A stretch of 64,000 bases of DNA, taken from Oikopleura dioica. Lineage: Eukaryota > Animalia > Chordata. Positions 32,882 through 46,100 of the stretch are shown here, one piece after another. Within the stretch, counting starts at the first letter, position 1. The number at the start of each line of letters is the position of its first letter. A model generated the notes under the pieces. The model was not told the DNA's origin, ran no database searches, and was given only the letters and a program-made list of their open reading frames with translations. The translations under genes and the position numbers were made by a program. The stretch is taken from NCBI GenBank assembly GCA_907165135.1, contig OU015566.1, positions 4,650,001-4,714,000 of the forward strand. The letters are read 5' to 3'.

Positions 32882-35800
32882 TTATCTTAGCCAGCTTCTG
32901 ACAGTTTCTTCTGGAAATTCAACGTCATTTTCGCGGAAGAATTCGATATACTCTCTGATGTATGAGTTGATCATCTCGATTTCGTCTGAAAACAAATTCA
33001 ACCCCATTGCCAATAAGATTAGTTAATTCATCAAGAGGTTCTTTTTGACTGTTTTGTCCAAAATAGATCGAGAAATCTTACCTGGTTTGTAGATTTCAAA
33101 GTCGAGTTCAACTTTTTTCTTTTAAATTTGTCCAAATTATCGTTTTTGATGCAATTTAGTCGCTGATCGATGTCTTCCACTTCGAATTTTCCATGCGGAG
33201 CCGCCTCGTTTTCCAAGAAACTGTAAACTTCCCTCATTTGCGCTTCTTTCTCTGTTTTCAGCAAATCGTACCAGAGAAAATGAAAGTTTTTCTTGCTGTT
33301 GACGGCCAGATGGACCGCGTCTTTGTAGTACTGTCGCCACATTTCCGCGGTGTTTTGAATGTATCGTCGCCATTTTAGCGATTTGAAGAGCGCTGGGTCG
33401 ATGGTGCCAGTGTGCGCGCCCTGGCCGTCGCCGGTTTCTTTTTCCGCCATGATTCGGTTGAAATTTGCTTTGATGGTGTCGTAGGGGTTGCGGATGACGA
33501 GGACGACGGCGTGGGCTTTTCGGATGTGTCCTCGAGCGTGGGACTTGATTCCTGAAAAATGATTTCTTTGGCGATAAGGGTATGTATGATTGATTTATGA
33601 AAACAAAGTGTGGGATGACTAAGTTCGTGGGGACTAGGTTCGTGGGACTAGGTTCGTGGGTGGCTGGCTGGAAAACGTGGTTCGTGGGACTAGGTTCGTG
33701 AGTTTTTGATTTTATATGTATATTTTTATTTATAATGATTAAGTGTTATTTATATGTATATATTTATTTATATATATTTATATATATGTATTGTAATTAT
33801 ATGATCATATAATATAATATTGCTATCTAAATATAGGTTCGATGGTTTTTGATTGGTTAGAATTTTTATTCTATAAGGAAAAATATGTGCGACTAGGTTC
33901 GTGGGACAAGGTTCGTGGGTTTTTAATTGGTTATTATTTTTATTCTATAAGGAGAAATTATGTGCGACTAGGTTCGTGGGACTAGGTTCGTGGGTTTTGA
34001 AATTTTTAATAAGGAAAAGTGGGGTGCGACTAGGTTCGTGAGACTAGGTTCGTGGGTTTTGAAATTTTTATAAGGAAAAGGGAGGTGCGACTAGGTTCGT
34101 GGGACTAGGTTCGTGGCTTTTAAAAATTTTTTTATTTAAGGAAAATGGGGTGCGACTAGGTTCGTGGGACTAGGTTCGTGGGTTTCTATTTTTAAAGGAC
34201 GTGCGACTAAGTTCGTGAGGCTTAGTTCGTGAGACTAAGTTCGTGGCGACTAAGTTCGTGAGACTAAGTTCGTGAAATTTAAAATTTGAGAAATTTAAAT
34301 TTATTGAGTTCTCAAGCCTTAAATACTTTAAGAAAAAGTTAGCTTGCTAAATAATTCCGTTATAGTTATCACCAACTCTTCTAAGGCAACCATTGTTATT
34401 CAGCGCTAACATAGAAATTCAGTTAAAGAGCCTAGCGGCTTATTTTGGGGGTGGGGGTGGGAAAGTCATTTTTACCATTCAACTTTACCCAATTTTACAA
34501 TCCACGAACCTAGTCCCACGAACCTAGTCGCACTCAACTGTTCCTTATAAAAAAATTTCAAAACCCACGAACCTAGTCCCACGAACCTAGTCTCACGAAC
34601 CTAGTCTTCACGAACCTAATCTTCACGAACCTAGTCCCACGAACCTAGTCTTCACGAACCTAGTCTTCACGAACCTAGTCCCACGAACCTAGTCGCACCC
34701 CCATTTTCCTTATAAAAAAATTTCCAAACCCACGAAACTAGTCCCACGAACCTAGTCGCACTCAATTGTTTCTTATAAAAAAATTTCAAAACCCACGAAC
34801 CAAGTCCCACGAACCTAGTCGCACTCAATTGTTCCTTATAAAAAAATTTATAATTTTTATAATACTTATAATACTTATAGAAAAATCTCTAATTTCAAAA
34901 CCCACGAACCTAGCACCCCTACGAACCTAGTCCCACGAACCTAGTCGCACCACATTGTTCCTTATAGAAAGGAAACCATACCCCATCTTGCATACTTTGG
35001 CATAACCACCTACGAACCTAGTCCCACGAACCTAGTCCCCACGAACTTAGTCATCAATCCCAAAACAAAGCTAACAACTTTTTGGAGCACTTGAATCATC
35101 ATGTTTAATTGACCTCTCCGATTGGATTCCCGTTTGGAAGTCTTTGTATTCACTAAATATTCGTACAACCAAGAGCTATTGACTATTGCGTTTTTCTCGA
35201 AAATATTATCATTCCCGAATGAGCACAAAAAAGGAGGATTTTAAAAAGGAAAACAAACATGCGCGTCTTTTCTTTTCTGTTTTTGAGCTCAATTTTCGAA
35301 AGGCAGAAAAAATAAAAGCATCAGTATGGAAGAAATTTCGTCAACCCTTCTCTTTCCCGACTCATTCTTCGGGTCAAAAATTGGAAAACGCTTGATCCAG
35401 GAATAGTTATCTAGGCCCTAAGTTTGAGGTTCTTAAAGACCAGGTTATACAATAACGTAGCGTGCTTACGCCATCATAATTATTATCGTAACAGTTCTCT
35501 TCTTGTTTCATTTAGATAATTTATTTTCACTTCACGCTCACATTTTCGGCCTTACACAAAAGTCTCGCTTTACCTAAAACTCTGCCGGACTCAGGAGAAA
35601 AATGCTCTCCCGGAAAAGGCGATTGTTCGTACAGATCGTCATTATCGAGTTCGTCTTGTATCTCGTGATAGACTCCTCCCGCGTAGTAGCCCGTCAGCGA
35701 CTGAAAAAGCTGCCTCGTCCAGGTGTTTCCAGATCCTTGCACCGAAAGAATCAGAATCCAGTTGAACTGGCCCGGTTCTCCGATTTTTACGTCGTTTTTG

Positions 35801-35925
35801 CAGTCGTTGTTTTTTCTCTCTAGCTCTTTAGTGATTTCGTCAAATCCATGCGATGAAAAATAACCGACTAAAAAGTACGTAAAAAGAAGAAAAACTGAAA
35901 AACAAATATTTTTAATCGTGATCAT
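32882..35925 (-). CDS. WSCD1/2-like type II membrane sulfotransferase: exons 35925..35574, 33551..33082, ~33010..32882
   Basis: N-terminal TM. SVQGSGNTWTR (PAPS-binding), KSH, LVIRNPYD..ANFNR, RLNCI. The last acceptor is not resolved. Confidence 0.82.
33614..35055. mobile_element. Fold-back element of GACTAGGTTCGTGG sub-repeats filling sulfotransferase intron 1
   Basis: Direct arrays 33614-34275 and inverted arrays ~34500-35055. Ends GATGACTAAG / CTTAGTCATC. Confidence 0.85.
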
Positions 35926-36308
35926 TTTGTACCGTTTTCGGTTCTGGATTGGGGAAAAGTGGCTCAGAGAGTCAGGAGCACGGAGTGTTTAGACTTCAAA
36001 CATCAATGAACAAATTGCGTCTTTCATAATAATTCCGATCGTTCAAAAACGGCCATGTTTCTGGAAAAGGTTCCATCAAATATTTTAATTCAAACATGAC
36101 CTTCTGGTGAATGTTACTAAGAAGAAAATTCAACATTTTTATCTCTGGTTGTTCGACGTCGAGTTTGATATTTCTGTTTTGTTATTGTTAATCTTTCGGT
36201 CTACTGGAGACCATCCTCTCAACTAGCACTTCTTCACCTTACTAATTGCCAATTAGTAATTGGTTAGAAAAAGGAGCTTGAAGAGACAGTAGGGAGTTAT
36301 CATACAAG

Positions 36309-36470
36309 CTAACCCTAACCCTAAACCTAACCCCTTACCCTTAACGGTTTAGGCTAAACCTAACCCAGGGGCTAAGACCCCGGGATCCCCCTAAGGCCTA
36401 AGCCAGGGGGCGTCGCCCCCCACCGACTTCTCGTTATGAGTTCCCAGTCCCTTACCCTTACCTAGCCTAG
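36309..36470. repeat. Interstitial CCCTAA-like repeats with a GC hairpin; related to the arms of the 50-kb palindrome
   Basis: TAACCCTAACCCTAAACCTAACCCC followed by GGGGGCGTCGCCCCC. Confidence 0.5.
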
Positions 36471-37201
36471 ATTCTAGAGATATTGGATGGCTTGAATCAT
36501 AGGCTCGAATAATAGTCCCTCTCTAAATTTGAAGATGGAGGCAATCTGGTTGAATGCTGGTTGAATGCTAAGTGTGAGGAGGAAATAATTTTCTTTATCA
36601 CAAAAATGATTATAGTCATCAACTTATGATAGAAAGATACCGGGAAATCCGGGTTCATATTAGAAATTTCATCAATAGCAAACTTGGTTGGTTCACGGAT
36701 GTGTTCCATGAAGCACGCAAGTTCTTAGATAATCCAATAGGGACGGGGATGTTGCAAAATCCGCTTGAATGCGTCCATTTCCACATTGGCTTCGTAACAA
36801 AGAAGTTCAATTTTGCAAGTTTAACGAAATCGAAAAATAACGAAAAACGACAAAAGATAAATTTCTCAAACTTGTTCTCGTCAATCATCATCACTTTTTA
36901 TTTAATTATGATTTTTTATCGTCAACTTTAAAATATTTAAAAAATTTTTCTGACAAAATTTTGCTCCCGAAAAATCAAAACATTTTTTATATTAAAAAAA
37001 GAGACGCTCTTCCTCTTGAAAATCTGAAATTTCCGATCAATCAAGTTATGTAACGAAAAGTTGAAGTTTATAAATAAATAATTGGATTACGATGCAATTA
37101 AGCCGCGTTCGCTCCCCGGCTGCCATGATGTTTGACTGTTTTCGACCATAACAAGCCTCAAGCTTGGTTACGGATCGAAAATTGTAGCGTTTTTAAACAA
37201 A

Positions 37202-39497
37202 ATGGCGGCAAAAAATGAAATAAAGAGAAAAATGAGATCAATTTTTAATTTACCGACTTTATACGTGCTTTTTGTTTGCTTGTGTTTTATGATTTTTAAT
37301 GATCAATTCAAAAGAGATGAAAATTTGGAACTTTCAAAAGAGGAAATTCAAGAAGTCGTCGATGAGATGAGAGAAGCCCTAGAAGTAGTAGATTATAACG
37401 AAGAAGAAGAAGATTGTAAATCAACTTCACCCAGAAAAATCCGCGAAAAACAGCCAAAATACAATTTGAATCAGGAAAAATTCTTGAGCGCGTTTGTGGC
37501 GAGAGGGCCAAACAATCAAATTTATTCGCTGCGAGAAACGATTTATGTTGCGATTGCTTTGAATAGGACGCTCATTTTGCCGCCTTTCTTCAAGCATGAT
37601 CGAGGCGATCCGACTTCGAATGGGTCAAATACGGCGATAGGAAACGGCTCATATTTGTTGATATTTTCCGAGAATTTATAGATTTTATAATTATAAATAA
37701 AATATTATCATTATTATTATTATAGTTATATTACATTATGAATAATTATTATATTAATAATAATATAATTTGATTAAATATTATGTCTAACAAAAATTAA
37801 AATTTGATCAAAATTTTATATTATTAAATTAAATTTTTAAACATCTTTATAACTCAAATAAATAATTAAAATTATTATGATTATTTATTTTATTAATTAT
37901 TTGTTTTTATAAAATAGATAGATACTTTCTTATAAATTCGATATTTAAATATAATAATAAATAATTTATTAAAAATATAGTAATAATATACTAGTAATCA
38001 AAAACATTATTTATAATAATATAAATTATATTATTTTATTATATAACATAATATTATATAAAATGAAATTACCGTATAATGAGCGCTTTGGCAGTTGATT
38101 TCGAGCAACGAATCGACATCCAAAAACTCACCAAGCTCATCCCCGTCGTTTTCACATCCGAAGCCGCGGAGAAATGCCCAGAAGGATTCGACAATATTTT
38201 TGGCGTTCACAATGTCTGCCATTCAAAAGAAAATCCCCGCGAATGGCAGTGACTCAAGAAGAAATGCGACTTCCCATCAACTTCGACAGCGCTGGACTTT
38301 GCAAGGACCACAGCCAGGTTTCGAAAATCGTCCCAAATCCGATCGAGCTTCGAGAAGAGTTTGGAGAGTTGAATGAAAGAGACAAGCTGAAAATGTTTCG
38401 ACTGAACGATCCGGAAAAAGCAAGAGAAATTTTGAGCCCGGGGAAGGAGCAAAATGTGCAGTTACTGGATTTTTTACGAAAGTGTCGAGTTGATGAAATT
38501 GGTAAAAAATGAGGATGAAAAAGGAGAATTAGCGAGAGAAATAATCAGGTAAGAAATAGATTTTTACGTGTTTTTTATTTTTGCTTTTTAGATATACAGT
38601 GAGACCGAAACACATCAGAAATTTGATCGAAAAATTCGTGACAAAGTACTCGGGCGAAAAAGAAGATCCTTATTATATGGCGATTCATTGGAGATATGAC
38701 GAGAAGGACTGGAAAGATGAGCAGTGCAGGAGAAGACCGGACTTCAAAATTTGCAAGGACTTTGAATTGATGAGGGATCCGGAGCGATTGTCTGATGAAC
38801 TAGGAATGTGATCACTTTCACTGAAATACAGAGTTATTAAAGGGGTGGCGTCTGGAACCGACAAAAATTCGACAAATTTTGCGTGGGCGGCTCTTTGGAT
38901 AGTGATTGGCCAATTTGTTGAATCCGGGCTTCTGATTGGTTTAAAATTTCCTCGCAAAATTTGTCGAAATTTTTGTCGGTACCCCGATTTTAGACCCTAT
39001 TTTCCAGACGAAAATCAGTAATCTTCAACCCAGAAACTTAAGTCCTTTGAAATAAAATGATCGCTCAAAAGAAAACTACCTCTCAAATCGCGACGAAAAC
39101 TTCGACTTCATCTACATCGCCGCTCCGCCATCAGAACTAGCGGTCATCGACGGCGTTGCAAAATCCTTCGCTCGCAAAGGCTTGATTCCGATCGTCACTC
39201 AAGTCCAAATGAGCGAACTGATGGAGGAAGAATTCAAAGACAGCTGCGGGGAGAAATTCGAAGATTTGCGATTCGAGGTGCTGTCGATGCTGGATAGCGA
39301 AATCTGCACCGTTGCTCCGGTTTTTTATTACTCGATTATGTCGAGTTATTCGATGAATATTCAACAGGAGCGATTTGTGAGGACCGATCCGACGGATGCT
39401 TCAACTCGATTTGTAAGATTTTTGAAAAATTGTTTTTCAAAAAAAATTCTAGAACGGAAATCTCTTCGGCGATGGAAGATATGCTGATGTTCACTGA
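37202..39497 (+). CDS. O-fucosyltransferase family (O-FucT) type II membrane protein, at least 5 exons, with one frameshift at ~38225-38238
   Basis: TM anchor. RGPNNQ..LRE....ALNRTLILPPF.KH, YMAIHWRY, LDSEIC..APVF.YS.MSSYS. Intron 1 (37641..38094) is GA-AG. Confidence 0.8.
38841..38985. mobile_element. ~150-bp MITE, copy 1 of 3 (others at ~40789-40944 and ~53592-53740); all intronic
   Basis: TIR GTCTGGAACCGACAAAAATTTCGAC with a shared internal GCTGATTGGC core. Confidence 0.75.
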
Positions 39498-40554
39498 AAA
39501 GCAAAGACTCTCAAAAATTTATCTTCAAAAACAACTTTTAAATAAATAACTTTAAAAAAAGAAAGAATTGTTTTAAGACCAAGAGTTCGCGAAAAACTGT
39601 ATCGCAAGTCAAATTTCACGAGATCAAATAGATAGCAGGGCAAGATTGAGTGGTTCGATGACATTTGAAATCTGTCCGCAAAGCGGTCGATTTTACGATT
39701 TTCTTGAGTGCCCGTGAGATTCTGGTTATATAATATAATAATAATAATAATATAATATATAACTTATATTCTCTTATCCTGGCCGTTTGGGGGTCCTTAT
39801 CGGCTGATTTTGATGAAAAAATGAAAAAGTCCTTATATTTAATTTTCAAAATAGACAATTTTAAATTGAAAATTTTGATAAAAATAATTTTAAAATTATA
39901 AATTTCAGGCCTCAATAAGAAATTTCAGAGTCTGAACTTCAGACAAATTAAATTTTTTTTTATCAAAATTTTTATCTGAACTTCAGACTCTGATATTTCT
40001 TATTGAGGCCTGAAATTTATAATTTTAATATTATTTTTATCAAAATTTTCAATTAAAAAATTGGCTATTTTGAAAATTTGCTGTAAGGACTCCTTCATTT
40101 TTTCAGACTCTGAACAATAATTTCTTGGAAAAAATAAGGGTGGTGCTTCGTTATTTTTTGGGTTAGGCGAGGGATAAGATTCTTCTTCGTTCGTCAATCA
40201 GCGCTGCTCTTTAGATGATTTTTCTTTCTTTTTGAACTTTCGCAATCAGGCTTCTTGTTTTATCATCCGCCATAAATAACATTTCGGAACAGCTTAAAAT
40301 TACGGTCAGCGGAAGAATTTAATTTATTTCCACTTGAGTCAATCGACGCAGATCGCGCTTCTTCTGAGATTTGCCCAGATCGCGCTGTTTGCTCGATCAC
40401 TGTCTGCTTTTATAAATCCACTCTTGACGCGACTGAAATTGCATTTCCATCGTTTTATATTTTTTCTGCTTTGGAGACATCAAAAATACTCATTTTTATA
40501 AAGAGAAAAATCATTAAAGAATCAGAAAGCTAAGAAACAGAAAAAAGAAGAGAC

Positions 40555-42195
40555 ATGGCTTTTCGCCTGACGAGAAATTCTAGCAACAGAAAAATCAGAA
40601 AACCAGAAGAAGTTGAATGCATAGGAAAGTTTTTCTTTCTCTTTTAATGTGTTCTTATTGTTTTGTTGCCCTCGACCAACTATCGGGCGATACAATGAGC
40701 GAAAAATTTTTCGAAAATCTTAAGGGGATCACTCCAAAATCGCTGTTTGAAAAAGTTTGTCCCACATGACGGAGGGGTCCTTAAATTTGGGTGTTGTCTG
40801 GAACCGACGAAAAATTTCGACGAATTTCGCGTGGGCGGCTTCTCAGCTGCTGATTGGCCGGTTTGCCAAATCTAGGTTTTTGATTGATTGAAATTTCCCA
40901 GCAAAATTTGTCGAAATTTTTTGTCGGTTCCAGAAACCTCCCCCTTAAATCCGAATTTCAGAAATTCATGCGTTTAAATGGGGAATCATTTTTATAATCC
41001 TTTTTTTCTTCTTATAAAAAAGAGTAAAACTTAGTAAGGCGTCCAAAAACGACTGAAGGAATACTTCTTCATATTTTCAGGAAAATGTCATCTCCTCCAA
41101 ATTCTCTATCGCCCGAGCGATAAATTTCACAATGGATTTGACATTATAAAAAAAGTGCGCTGGAATGACGAGTCAAAGTTGACCATTTTCAGAAGCTGGC
41201 ACGAAACTCATGATTTAGCCAAACAAATCAAAAATGAAACGGTTTCAAAATCGGAGCCATTCGAAGTTGCCAAGGAGCTGGAAAAAATTGTCAAACCGCC
41301 GGGTTGCTTGAATTTTGCGAAGAGGAGTGCTTACGATGTTTGCGAAAAACTTCAAGGTAGGGCAGTTTAAATAGCTTCCTTCTCATAAAAAAAAAATTCT
41401 AGAAATTTTGACACCGAAGTTCCCAATCAACCTTTTTCATTCATCCTTCGCCCTTGATTTTTTCCACCTTACTCCCGAAGATCGCAACAGCGCCGCCTAC
41501 AGAAACTTCACTTCCTTCCATATCGGTAAAATTAAATCTCCCTCGCACATTTCATTACGATTTCTAGTGAAAGAATCGAGCCAAAAGTCGATAAAAATCC
41601 GTCCAGCGACGATGATGGCGACCAAAACTTACAACGTCCGGGAGAGCTACAAATGCAGCGATGACTCAGCAGGAGAAGTCGAGATTCACACTGGAGAAAA
41701 GATAAGAGTTCTTATCAAGAAACGGTTTTCAGCCGAAATGGATTTTTTAGCCAAAAACCCCTGAAAACCCTTAAAAATGGACGAATCCGGCTGGTGGTTT
41801 ATTCAAAAAGATCAGAGCGAAGAAGAAGGATGGGTGCCAGCTTCTCACGTGAGAAAAATCTTTGAAAAAGTATTCAATTGTGAAATCTTAGATTGAATTT
41901 TCCAACAACACAAAATCCATGAAAAAGCTGCAAAAATCGACGAACGAGACATATTTGATGATTGAGTCTCACAAGGCTGAAAATGATGAGGAGCTCTCTG
42001 TCCCAGCTAATGCTACTGTTCAAGGTAACGGGCTCGAAAAAGCAAGGAAACGCTAAAAATCTGTTCTCAGTGACTCATACTTATGCGAATGGCTGGTGGA
42101 AAGTGCTGTATTTGGAGGAAGAAGGGCTGGTTCCTCGGGCGAAAATGCAAAAATACGAAGCTCAAAATCGAGCTGATTTTATTAACAGTCAATAA
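40555..42195 (+). CDS. NOXO1/NCF1(p47phox)-like NADPH oxidase organizer (PX-SH3-SH3), multi-exon
   Basis: Spliced PX: ECIGVQKRLKEYFFIFSVRWNDES..FRSW..DFFHLTPED. SH3-1 ESGWWF..GWVPASH; SH3-2 NDEELS..NGWW..GLVP. One intron near 41720-41775 is unresolved. Confidence 0.78.
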
Positions 42196-42211
42196 ACTTA
42201 CAGTATCCTTT

Positions 42212-42657
42212 TCAATGCAGATATTCTTTCGAAGGAAAGTCCCCACAGTCTGATAGACACTGAGAGCCCTCAATCTAGCAAAACAGGGTTGAAAGTGGGA
42301 AAATGAAAGAGTACTTACAGATGCAGTCATAAGACAGCTCAAGTACTCTCGTTCCGAAATTTCCCCACTGTAATAGGCCTCTTCACACGCCCAGGCCTCT
42401 TCAAGCATGTCAGGAACGCAAGCATCCCAGCACTCTTCCATACTTGTGCAGCCATCAACACGGAGGCATTGGACGAACTCTTCAGTGTAGTTTTCTAGGC
42501 AACGCTGGAAGTCGTCGGAGTCGGGCTCCCAAGTCAAGGAACAGAAGATATCGCCCTGGATGTAGTCTCGGAGACAGCTTTTATTAAAATTCGCGAAACT
42601 TTCTCTAAATTTGGATTGATTTCTTTTTGAAAAATTTTCCTGAAAATACAGCTCCAT
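42212..42657 (-). CDS. Small acidic Cys-rich protein, 3-prime exons; 44-nt intron 42318..42275; start not resolved
   Basis: Regularly spaced Cys with helical spacing. Splicing gives LMTAS-IEGSQCLSDCGDFPSKEYLH-stop. Confidence 0.55.
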
Positions 42658-43101
42658 GATTTTTCTTTCTGAGAATAAACTCCGGCAAAAAATAAATAAA
42701 AGAAATTCCTCATTTTTGATTGTATTCTGCGCTAAGTTCTAATTATAATTTCAGAATTTAAGCAGATGGTGCTGTCTCAAGAAGTTCAGAATGAAAATTG
42801 ACTTCTTCTGATTATTAAAAGCAAGAAAGAAATGATAAGCCGCGCCCCTTTTTTGCTCTCTTTTCCGAAGTTTCCCAGACATTTTCGCCGGGTTGAGAAT
42901 GACAGACCGTGAAATTCTGCTGTTTTAACATAACCCTCTGACGCGAAGATGATCCGATTTCCTTTCAAAACTTTTCAGAATTTCATAATTTGCGAAAACC
43001 GCTCCGCATTTTCTTGACATCTGTTGAATTATCTCTTGACATGTCGGTTATAAAGACCGGTGCGGGCCGCGTTCGAAGTCGGTTAGCAGATCACTTCTAG
43101 A

Positions 43102-46100
43102 ATGAAGGTAATTTTTCCTTTTTGCGGATATTTTTGATGATTTTTGTGTCTCAAAAAGCTAGAGAATATTATTCAAAGAGATAAAGAGGAATTTCATTTG
43201 CAATTTATAGGAGATAATTATCATAAATTATCTTTTATAATAAGAAAACAGCTAGAAATTCTAATAGATCCTTAAGATTTTTTGTTTTATTTTATTTCAA
43301 AAATATTTTCAGCTTCTGGCGACCATCAGCTCCGCCCTTGCCGGGTCGCCCGGTATTGACTTTTACCTCAACGACGGTGACTACTGGCCGATTGGTGCAT
43401 GCAGTTCTGATAAGGCCTGTTCCGCCTGGAGAATCAGCACCAAGCCTGGGTGGGAAAAAACTTGGGCCGCAAACTTGAAGTGTGATCTCAGCGTCGAAAA
43501 GTGCACTTGCGCCGATGGTTGGGTCGATCTCGACGGAAAGCCAGAAAATGGCTGCGAATCAAAGGCCGGTGAATCTCTTCTCGGCGGTATGTGCTATTAC
43601 AGTAGCTGTTTTCTAGAAGATAAGTGCAATGAGTTCCATCCTGGGCTCGTCTGCTCTAAGATAACTGGCTGCTGCGAGTGTGAAGGAGAAGAACCCCTTC
43701 GACCAACAATTTTTGGTCAAAATAAGGGTTGTCTGGACAAGAATTGCCCAGAAGGAGCTGTTTGGGATAAGGAAATAAAATGGTGCCTCTGCGAAGATGG
43801 AAGACTTCCCCAGTACAACTTGCCTGACCTCGATGATAGTGTCTGTTGTCCACCAGGACTTTGGGGAAATCCATGTGGTTGCTCGAACGGAGTGATTCCG
43901 GACCTTACTGCCGAAGATCCTTGCGACCCTGGGTGTCCGGAGAATCTGTATTGGGATCCAAGCACGAAACGTTGCGAGTGTCCTGGGAATCTTGTCTACG
44001 ATCCAAGTACTGGACAATGCGAATGCCCGGAAGGTATGCTACCCGGAGTAACAGGAAATTGTTTCTGCCCGACAGGAACTTACGAGGTAACTGGCGTTGA
44101 GCCGACTAAGTGCTGCCCTATCGGAACCTGGTACAACCCCCAAACAGAAAGATGCGAAGAAAATGATCATGACAACTGCCCCCCAAATATGTACACAGTA
44201 CCAAATGTGATTCCACACCAGTGCTGTCCTGATGACAGTGTTTGGGATCCCGTGACACAAGAGTGTGACTGTCCAGAAGGACATTATCTAACAACCGATC
44301 CTTTGTATGTTTCTATTGAAAGAAACGTTTGCTGTCCTGATGGAACTGTTTACATTCCTTCGTTGGATAGTTGTGATTGTCCAAATGGTTCCTATGCGGT
44401 TCCTGACGAAAGTCCGACACAGTGTTGTCCAGACGGGTCTCAATGGCAAGCCAACACGCGTACTTGCGAATGTCCTGAGGGAACCTATCTAACAACTGAT
44501 GATTACGACCGAGAAGTTTGCTGTCCGGAAGGAACTAAGTGGATTCCACACTTGGACCGATGCGACTGCCCTCCTGGTACTTACGCTGCCAGCATCAATC
44601 CTATTCGATGCTGCCCAGACGGTTACAATTGGAATGAAGATTTCAATGACTGTGTTCCAGATGACGGGCTTTCTCATTGCCCAGAAGGAACTTATGCTGT
44701 TGCTGGAATCACCCCACTCCAATGCTGTCCCGAGGGAACCGAATGGGATCATGATAAAAACATGTGTGTCGATCCATCTGATCCAACTGACCCGACTGGA
44801 TCCCCTTGCCCAGAAGGAACCTACCCAGTTGCTGGAACAAATCCTGTTGAATGCTGTCCTGAGGGAAGCCATTGGGATTTTGAGAAGAAAACCTGCCTCG
44901 ATCCAACTGATCCAGTTGACTGTCCTCCAGGACATTACCCCGTTGCCGGAACAGACCCTGTCGAGTGTTGCCCTGATGGTACCCACTGGGATTTTGAAAA
45001 GAAAGCCTGCGTTGATCCAGTCGATCCTATTGAGAAATGCCCTGAAGGAACATACCAAATTCTTGGGATTGTCCCTCTTAAATGTTGTAAAATCGGCACT
45101 TTCTGGGATCCTGATCGAGAAATTTGCGGTGATCCTACCGATCCAGTTGATCCAATCGAGGAATGTCCAAAAGGCTTCTATCAAGTTGCTGGAGTAACTC
45201 CTCTTCAATGCTGCCCAGAAGGAACAAAATGGATTCCAGAGCTCAAGCAGTGCATGTGCCCAGACGGATCTGACCCAGTCGCCGGCCAATTCCCTCCATG
45301 CGAAGACCCTGAGCAATGTCCAAAGGGAACCTACCTTGTTGAATTTGTCTTGCCACAAATTGTCTGTTGTCCACTTGGTACCAAATACGTCCCTGATCGT
45401 GACGAATGCCTCTGCCCAGACGGCAATCCAGTCGACGACCTTGGCCTCTGTGTTGACTGTCCAGAAGGAGAATACGCTGTTTCACGATTCCCTGAACTCA
45501 TTTGCTGCCCAGAAGGAACATGGTTCGATAAGGAGATGAAAGAATGCCTCTGTCCTGATAAAACGAAGCCGGACGAGAATGGCGATTGCGTCGATCCTTC
45601 CGATAAATGCTTAAGACCATTAAAATACGATTTTATCACTGGAATGTGCGTTTGCTGGAATGGAGAACCACCAATTGAAGGCGAAGCTACCGTCCCCGTT
45701 GACGAATTTGGCTGTCCACCAAATGACTGCCCTGAAGGTCAGAACGCGTTCTTCGACAAGAAAGGAAACCTCCAATGCTGCCGAGAAGGACTTGTCTACA
45801 ATATCCAAAAAGACACTTGCGTTTGCAAAGACGGAACCCTTCCAACCGCCACTGGCGATTGTGGATCTTGCGAAAAGTGGCAAAACGCATTCTACATCGA
45901 AGATCAGATCATTTGCTGCGGAGTTAATGAATACTACGCTGCTGATCATAAACACTGCATGTGCACTGACGGTACGCATGTAGAAAAATGTCCTTTTCCA
46001 TGCAAAGACAACGAGATTCATGAAGTTGATCCGACTGGAATGACCGCTGGCGAGTGTGTCCCGATGTGCGATGATGGACACGTTTTCAACAAGCTCACTA

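Noticed and set aside
36309-36365. True telomere or chromosome fusion scar
   Set aside because: Only a few degenerate units, and they also occur within a repeat family at 50.1-50.7 kb.
36497-36800. Minus-strand coding-like remnant with an internal stop
   Set aside because: No family recognised and too short to support a call.
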